NCBI GenBank assembly: GCA_036501935.1
Contig: DASXZL010000050.1
Coordinates: 6,620 to 70,619, forward strand
Direction of reading: 5' to 3'
DNA length: 64,000 bases
Source: Polyangiaceae bacterium
GTDB taxonomy: Bacteria; Myxococcota_A; Polyangia; Polyangiales; Polyangiaceae
The stretch's first letter is position 1; every line of letters starts with the position of its first letter. Both the position numbers and the translations under genes were made by a program. Below the pieces are notes generated by a model. The model did no database searches and was not told the origin of the DNA. It saw nothing but the letters and a program-made list of their open reading frames with translations. Positions 58,927 through 64,000 of the stretch are shown piece after piece.

Positions 58927-61227
58927 ATGGCGGTCGTCGGAATCGACCTCGGCACGACGAACACCGTCGTGGCTTGCGTCCGGGGTGGCAGGGTTCACGT
59001 CCTGCCCGACGAGCAGGGCCGGCGGCTCCTGCCGAGCGTCGTCTCGTTCCACCCGAACGGCGAGGTGCTCGTCGGGTTCCCGGCGAAGGAGCGGCGCGTC
59101 GTCGACGCCAAGAACACCATCGCCAGCATCAAGCGGCTCATCGGTCGCGCCTGGGGGTCGGACGAGATCCGCCGGGGCCGCCAGCGCTTCGCCTTCGAGC
59201 TGAAAGAGGGGCCCGGGCAGGGCCCGCTCGTCGTCGCCCGGGCGCAGGAGTACACGCTGCCCGAGATCAGCGCGTTCGTCCTCCGGCGCGCGAAGGAGCT
59301 TGCCGAGCGCGCCCTGGGCGAGTCGGTCGACCGAGCGGTCATCACCGTCCCGGCGAACTTCAACGAGCTCCAGCGCGCCGCCACCAAGGTCGCCGGCCGC
59401 GTCGCGGGGCTCGACGTCCTCCGCATCATCAACGAGCCCACCGCCGCCGCGCTCGCCTACGGCCTCGGCCGCGCCGCGAAGGAGCGCATCGCCATCTACG
59501 ACTTCGGCGGCGGCACCTTCGACTGCACGCTGCTCGACCTCTCGGGCAACGTCTTCGAGGTCCTCGCCACCGCGGGCGACACCTTCCTCGGCGGCGACGA
59601 TCTCGACATCGCCATCGCCGAGCGCATGGCCGAGGCCTTCCTCCACGTCCACCGCTACGATCCGCGGACCGACTCGCAGGCCTTCGAGCGTCTCCGCGTG
59701 GCCGCCGAGCTCGTGAAGATCGACCTCTCGGCGCGGGACCGCACGCACACCAAGCTCCGCGAGGTGGCCTTCGGCGTCGGCGGAGCGCACCTCGATCTCG
59801 ACTTCGGGATGACCCGCGACGAGCTGGAGATGCTGGCGACGCCGCTGGTCGAGCGCACCTTCGCCGTCTGCCAGGAGGCCCTCTCGGTCGCGCGCCTCCC
59901 CGTGAGCGCGTTCGACAAGATCATCCTCGTCGGCGGCTCGTCGCGGATCCCGCTCGTTCGCAGGCGCGTCGAGCAGTTCTTCGGCGCCGTCCCCCACGAC
60001 CGCGTGAACCCCGACGAGGTGGTCGCCATCGGCGCGGCCATCCAGGCGGCCGCGCTGACCGAGGTCGCCCGGCGTCGCAGCATCCCGCCGCCTCCCGCGC
60101 CGTCGTCACGCCGCTCGTCGTACCCGTCGACCCCCGACGACATCCCGGACGGCCCGGACGACGTGACGCTCGCGACGAAGGTCACCGCGTTGATGGCGGA
60201 ACGCGAGAAGGCGCGTCCGCTCATGCCGACGTCGCCCGAGGTGCCGCGCACGACGGCGCGCATGGGCGGCCCGCCTCCCATCCCGGGTGCGCCGACGAAG
60301 ACGGCGCGGATGGCGAGCGTGCCCTCCCTCGAGCCGCCGCCGGCCACCCGGCTCGTGACGACGCAGCCCTACGGCTCGCGGCAGGTTCCTCCGGCTCCGC
60401 CGACTTCGCCGGCGCCTCCTCCTCCGCCCCCTTCGGATCCGGGTGACACCTCGCCGGGGACCCAGCCCGATCCGGCGTCGACCATCCCTCGCCCGCTCGT
60501 CTTCGCCGAGGTCCTCAAGGCCGAGCGCGCGTCCATCCCCATCACGCCCCGCCCCATCGTCGGCCTGGGCTCCACGCAGCCGATGGCCGTGCCCCCGTCT
60601 CCCGTGGCGGAGACGCCGTTCCCCGCCCTTCCCGTTTACGGGGTCGGCGCGCACCCGGCGCAGCCTTACGCCGCCCCGCCGCAACCTCCCCCGAGCCATC
60701 CCTCCGCGCCGCCGTCCGCGCTGGCGCCGGCGGTGGTCACGGGGCGAACGGCCACCCAGGCGCTCTCCCCCGTCCACACGCCTCTTCCGCCCTCGATCCA
60801 CCCGCCGCTCACGCCGGTCCTGGTCGACGTCACGCCCCGCGCTCTCGTCGTCGAGACCGTGGGCGGCTGGTGCGACGTCATCGTCCAGCGCAACGCGAAG
60901 ATCCCCTGCGAGCGGACGCGCGCCTTCACGACCTCGAGCGACATGCAGAGCACCGTCCGCGTCCGCGTCGCGCAGGGGGAGGACGCGACCTTCGGCCAGA
61001 ACACGTACCTCGGCGAGGTCGAGCTCACGGGCCTGCGGGCCGCCCCGCGCGGGCAGGTCACCATCCAGGTGCGCTTCGAGGTGGACGAGAGCGGGACGCT
61101 GAAGGTCTTCGCCATGGACGCGGCCACCGGGCGCGAGGCGCACGCGACGCTGCAGCTCGTGGGCATCGCCGGGGCGCAGAGCATCTCGTCGATGGCGGCG
61201 CGGAATGCGACGATGCGTCTCCAGTAG
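58927..61227 (+). CDS. Atypical Hsp70/DnaK-family protein with about 245-aa Pro-rich insert at the interdomain linker and no helical lid
   Basis: NBD motifs [46 protein letters not shown] and LVGGSSRIP. The Pro/Ser/Ala-rich stretch spans about 60070-60808. The DnaK linker/SBD motif [12 protein letters not shown] and a beta-sandwich then follow to the stop. Confidence 0.85.
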   Translation: MAVVGIDLGTTNTVVACVRGGRVHVLPDEQGRRLLPSVVSFHPNGEVLVGFPAKERRVVDAKNTIASIKRLIGRAWGSDEIRRGRQRFAFELKEGPGQGPLVVARAQEYTLPEISAFVLRRAKELAERALGESVDRAVITVPANFNELQRAATKVAGRVAGLDVLRIINEPTAAALAYGLGRAAKERIAIYDFGGGTFDCTLLDLSGNVFEVLATAGDTFLGGDDLDIAIAERMAEAFLHVHRYDPRTDSQAFERLRVAAELVKIDLSARDRTHTKLREVAFGVGGAHLDLDFGMTRDELEMLATPLVERTFAVCQEALSVARLPVSAFDKIILVGGSSRIPLVRRRVEQFFGAVPHDRVNPDEVVAIGAAIQAAALTEVARRRSIPPPPAPSSRRSSYPSTPDDIPDGPDDVTLATKVTALMAEREKARPLMPTSPEVPRTTARMGGPPPIPGAPTKTARMASVPSLEPPPATRLVTTQPYGSRQVPPAPPTSPAPPPPPPSDPGDTSPGTQPDPASTIPRPLVFAEVLKAERASIPITPRPIVGLGSTQPMAVPPSPVAETPFPALPVYGVGAHPAQPYAAPPQPPPSHPSAPPSALAPAVVTGRTATQALSPVHTPLPPSIHPPLTPVLVDVTPRALVVETVGGWCDVIVQRNAKIPCERTRAFTTSSDMQSTVRVRVAQGEDATFGQNTYLGEVELTGLRAAPRGQVTIQVRFEVDESGTLKVFAMDAATGREAHATLQLVGIAGAQSISSMAARNATMRLQ

Positions 61228-61240
61228 GAGGGCCGCGGGG

Positions 61241-61819
61241 ATGACCGACGAGACGCACGAGGGCGGTGGCGGCGACGACGGACGCTCCGGCGAGTACGTG
61301 CTCGCCTGGCTCGCCATCCTCGACGAGCTCACCTACTACGACCTCTTCGGCGTGCGCGGCGACGCGACGCCCGACGACATCCAGGCCGCCTTCCACGTCT
61401 TCTGCGACACGTTCCACCCCGACCGGCACATGGCGCGGACCCCCGAGCAGCGCGACGCCGTCGGCACCATCTTCAAGCGCGGCGCCGAGGCCTACGCGGC
61501 GCTCTGCGATCCGAGGCTGCGCGGCCAGTACGACGAGCAGCTCGCCATCCGCCCGAGCCCTCGCCCTCCCCCGCGCATCAGCTTCTCTCCGCACTCCCGG
61601 CCGCCGTCGTTGCGCGCCGCGGCCAACGCCCCCCTCGAGGACTCGGTGCGCTCGCCCTCGGCCCGCCCCTTTGCCCGCCGCGCCGAGGAGCTGATCGGCA
61701 AGGGCGACCTCCGCCAGGCCAAGCTGCAGCTCGTGATGGCCAACCACATGGACCCCGACAACGAGGCGCTCGAGACGGCGCTGCGCGATCTGGACCTCAG
61801 GCTCGCCTCGCCCAAATGA
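61241..61819 (+). CDS. J-domain (DnaJ-like) protein with C-terminal TPR-like helix pair
   Basis: ATG 61241 is preceded by AGGAGG at 61226-61231. J-domain elements are YYDLFGV and the HPD motif (TFHPDRH). The C-terminal segment is GDLRQAKLQLVMANHMDPDN. Confidence 0.75.
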   Translation: MTDETHEGGGGDDGRSGEYVLAWLAILDELTYYDLFGVRGDATPDDIQAAFHVFCDTFHPDRHMARTPEQRDAVGTIFKRGAEAYAALCDPRLRGQYDEQLAIRPSPRPPPRISFSPHSRPPSLRAAANAPLEDSVRSPSARPFARRAEELIGKGDLRQAKLQLVMANHMDPDNEALETALRDLDLRLASPK

Positions 61820-61858
61820 TGGCCTTTTCTCACGCCCTGCTAGAGTCGTGAGGCATCC

Positions 61859-62581
61859 ATGGCCCGCCCGGGACGCACGCTCGACACGCTCTTCTACGCC
61901 TTGCTCGCGGTCACCGCGGCCTCGGTGATCGTCGAGGTTTACTTCATCTTCCTCGTGGCCCCGATCGAAGCGCGCATGGGCGTCGTGCAGAAGATCTTCT
62001 ACTTTCACGTGCCCAGCTGGTACGCGATGTACCTCGGCGCCGGGGCGTGCTTCCTCGGGTCGCTCGCCTACCTCGTGCGCCCGACCGACCCCCGCGACGC
62101 GTTCGCCCGCGCGGGAGCCGAGATCGCAGTCACCTTCGGCGCCATCGGCCTCATCACCGGCCCGCTCTGGGGCGCCAAGGCGTGGGGCTCGTTCTGGACG
62201 TGGGACCCGCGCCTCACGACCGCGCTCCTCAGCTTCCTCATCTACGTCGCCTACCTCGTGCTCCGCGCGTTCGCGGGCGACGGCTCGGCCGAGAAGCGCT
62301 TCTCCGCGGCGCTCGGCGTCCTCGGGGCCGCCAACTTGCCCATCATCCACTACAGCGTGCAGAAGTGGGGCGGGCAGCACCCCATGGTCATCACCGGCAA
62401 CGGCGGCGGCCTGCAGCACCCGGACATGAAGCTCGCCCTCGGGGGCGGCTTTCTCTGCTTCACGCTCCTCGCGGCGCTCATGCTCTGGGCCCGCGCGCGC
62501 GTCGAGCTCGCGCAGAGCCGCCTGGCCCGCGCCGAGGCCGACGCCATCGACCTGGGGCTCGACACGAGGACCGAAGGATGA
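61859..62581 (+). CDS. ccmC: Cytochrome c biogenesis haem exporter protein CcmC
   Basis: Trp-rich signature WGSFWTWDPRLT, flanking conserved His residues (FYFHVP, IIHYSVQ), and six TM segments. Confidence 0.85.
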   Translation: MARPGRTLDTLFYALLAVTAASVIVEVYFIFLVAPIEARMGVVQKIFYFHVPSWYAMYLGAGACFLGSLAYLVRPTDPRDAFARAGAEIAVTFGAIGLITGPLWGAKAWGSFWTWDPRLTTALLSFLIYVAYLVLRAFAGDGSAEKRFSAALGVLGAANLPIIHYSVQKWGGQHPMVITGNGGGLQHPDMKLALGGGFLCFTLLAALMLWARARVELAQSRLARAEADAIDLGLDTRTEG

Positions 62582-62910
62582 TCGACATCCCGCCGATGCC
62601 GTCCGCCGCACCCACCGCACCCGCGGCGCCCGCCGCACCGTCGTCCACGCCGGACGATCGCTCCACGAGCTTCGTGGCCGTGCAGGGCAACGCCAAGGAG
62701 CAGTACAGCGGCGGGGCGCTCCTCGTGACCGCGTACGCGGCCCTGTGGGTGGTCCTCTTCGCGTGGGTCGCCATCGTGTGGCGCAAGCAAGGGGCGCTGA
62801 ACTCGCGCCTCGTCGACCTCGAGCGCGTGCTCGACAAGGCCGCCGCCGACGCCGAGGCCGAGAAGAAGACCGAGAAGCGGAACGAGCCGAAGAACGAGAC
62901 GAAGACCTAG
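62578..62910 (+). CDS. CcmD-like small membrane protein with extended termini
   Basis: ATG 62578 overlaps the ccmC stop as ATGA. A single TM segment (GGALLVTAYAALWVVLFAWVAIVW) is followed by RKQ and a helix, as in CcmD. The termini are unusual: a Pro/Ala-rich N-terminus and a Lys/Glu-rich C-terminus. Confidence 0.45.
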   Translation: MIDIPPMPSAAPTAPAAPAAPSSTPDDRSTSFVAVQGNAKEQYSGGALLVTAYAALWVVLFAWVAIVWRKQGALNSRLVDLERVLDKAAADAEAEKKTEKRNEPKNETKT

Positions 62911-63048
62911 ATGATCGGGACGCCGGGGCCGGAGCACTTCATCTTCATCCCGGGCATCCTGCTCGTCGGGATCGTCCTCGGGTACATCCTCGGCGTGCGG
63001 GCGGCCCGGGCCGAGCTGGAGAAGCGAAAGAGACGCGCCCGGGAGTAG
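62911..63048 (+). CDS. 45-aa single-TM micro-ORF (below ORF-track size cut-off)
   Basis: The ATG directly abuts the upstream TAG. My translation is MIGTPGPEHFIFIPGILLVGIVLGYILGVRAARAELEKRKRRARE. Third codon positions are G/C-rich. Confidence 0.3.
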   Translation: MIGTPGPEHFIFIPGILLVGIVLGYILGVRAARAELEKRKRRARE

Positions 63049-63138
63049 CGACGCGAAGGGCTCGGAGCCGCGAGCCTCGCCGAGCGTCGCCGAGCGGTGG
63101 CGTTGAAACCGCGCCCGCGCCGCGGTACGCCTTGTCCC

Positions 63139-64000
63139 ATGTTCGACTTCGAGCCCACCGAGGAGCAGCGGGCCCTCATCGAGACCGCGCGGCGCTTCGC
63201 CCGCGAGCGCATCATCCCCATCGCGCCGGCGTGCGACCGCGAGGGCAGGTTCCCGAAGAACGTCTTCGACGAGGCGCACGCCATCGGCCTCGTGAACCCC
63301 ACCTTGCCCGCCGAGTACGGCGGCGCGGGCCTCAGCGACGTGGACTCGAGCTTCATCACCGAGGAGCTGGCGTACGGATGCTCGGGCATCCAGACGAGCA
63401 TGACGGCGAACACCCTCGGCCTCACGCCCATCAAGCTCGGCGGGACCGACGAGCAGAAGAAGAAGTACCTCGGCTGGCTCGTGAAGGAGCCCGTGATGGT
63501 CTCCTACGCGACGAGCGAGCCGAGCGCCGGGAGCGACGTCGCCGGGATGCAGTGCCGCGCGACGAAGGACGGCCACGGCGGCTACGTGCTCAACGGCACG
63601 AAGCAGTGGATCACGAACGCGACGCTGGCGAGCTTCTACGTGGTCTTCGCGACCGAGGATCCGGCGCTCAAGCACAAGGGCATCGGCGCCTTCATCGTGG
63701 AGCGCGCGCAGAGCGGCGTGAAGCCGGGCCGGCACGAGGACAAGCTCGGGCAGCGCGCGAGCGACACGGCCCCGCTCGTGCTGGAGGACGTGAAGATCCC
63801 CGCGTCCCAGGTGCTGGCGCCGCCGGGACAGGGCTTCAAGCTGGCGATGGAGACGTTCAACCAGACGAGGCCCGACATCGGGGCCATCGCGGTCGGCGTG
63901 ATGCGCCGGTGCCTCGACGAGAGCGTGGCGTACGCCCGCGAGCGGAAGACGTTCGGCGTCCCCATCGCCCAGCACCAGCTGATTCAAGCGATGCTGGCGG
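63139..64000 (+). CDS. Acyl-CoA dehydrogenase, 3' end cut by window edge (not in ORF track)
   Basis: My translation from ATG 63139 begins MFDFEPTEEQRALIETARRFARERIIP. It contains …SYATSEPSAGSDVAGM… and …GTKQWITNA…, canonical ACAD blocks. Confidence 0.85.
   Translation, partial: MFDFEPTEEQRALIETARRFARERIIPIAPACDREGRFPKNVFDEAHAIGLVNPTLPAEYGGAGLSDVDSSFITEELAYGCSGIQTSMTANTLGLTPIKLGGTDEQKKKYLGWLVKEPVMVSYATSEPSAGSDVAGMQCRATKDGHGGYVLNGTKQWITNATLASFYVVFATEDPALKHKGIGAFIVERAQSGVKPGRHEDKLGQRASDTAPLVLEDVKIPASQVLAPPGQGFKLAMETFNQTRPDIGAIAVGVMRRCLDESVAYARERKTFGVPIAQHQLIQAMLA

Noticed and set aside
60070-60808. The Pro-rich region of the Hsp70 gene read as a frameshifted junction of two genes.
   Set aside because: The reading frame is continuous. 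The canonical DnaK linker/SBD motif ([12 protein letters not shown]) resumes in the same frame right after it.

Overview
High-GC (roughly 70%) chromosomal segment, almost certainly from a myxobacterium (Myxococcota). Evidence: three MYXO-CTERM-type sorting tails, many lipobox lipoproteins, and a giant TPR protein. I support about 54 protein-coding genes, 4 of which are absent from the supplied ORF track. I recognise no rRNA, tRNA, CRISPR array, transposase or integrase. Most very long ORFs in the track are frame or antisense shadows of real genes, which is typical at this GC content. I trimmed many track ORFs to internal starts that give sensible signal peptides or translational coupling. Housekeeping genes I recognise are ino1, serC, fmt, lhr and ccmC, plus a DEAD-box helicase, a 5'-nucleotidase, an acyl-CoA synthetase and an acyl-CoA dehydrogenase. 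Main second-look items follow. (1) A five-gene, translationally coupled inositol-lipid operon (5608-11109) that also carries a dehydrogenase and an aminotransferase. (2) A strictly phase-locked 21-bp degenerate repeat array of about 0.6-0.75 kb with lowered GC (40497-41252), followed by a 31-bp perfect inverted repeat. (3) A single ORF in which an esterase carrying a MYXO-CTERM tail runs in frame into a second signal peptide and an outer-membrane beta-barrel. (4) Two tail-to-tail ECF sigma/NrsF-like pairs with three copies of an identical candidate promoter, GWAAC-N16-CGTATCCCTC. (5) Tandem DUF2330-like MYXO-CTERM paralogs coupled to a five-CXXCH/TPR lipoprotein. (6) An Lhr / HExxH / atypical Hsp70 / J-protein gene string. 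All family calls rest on motifs I read by eye. No database search was run.
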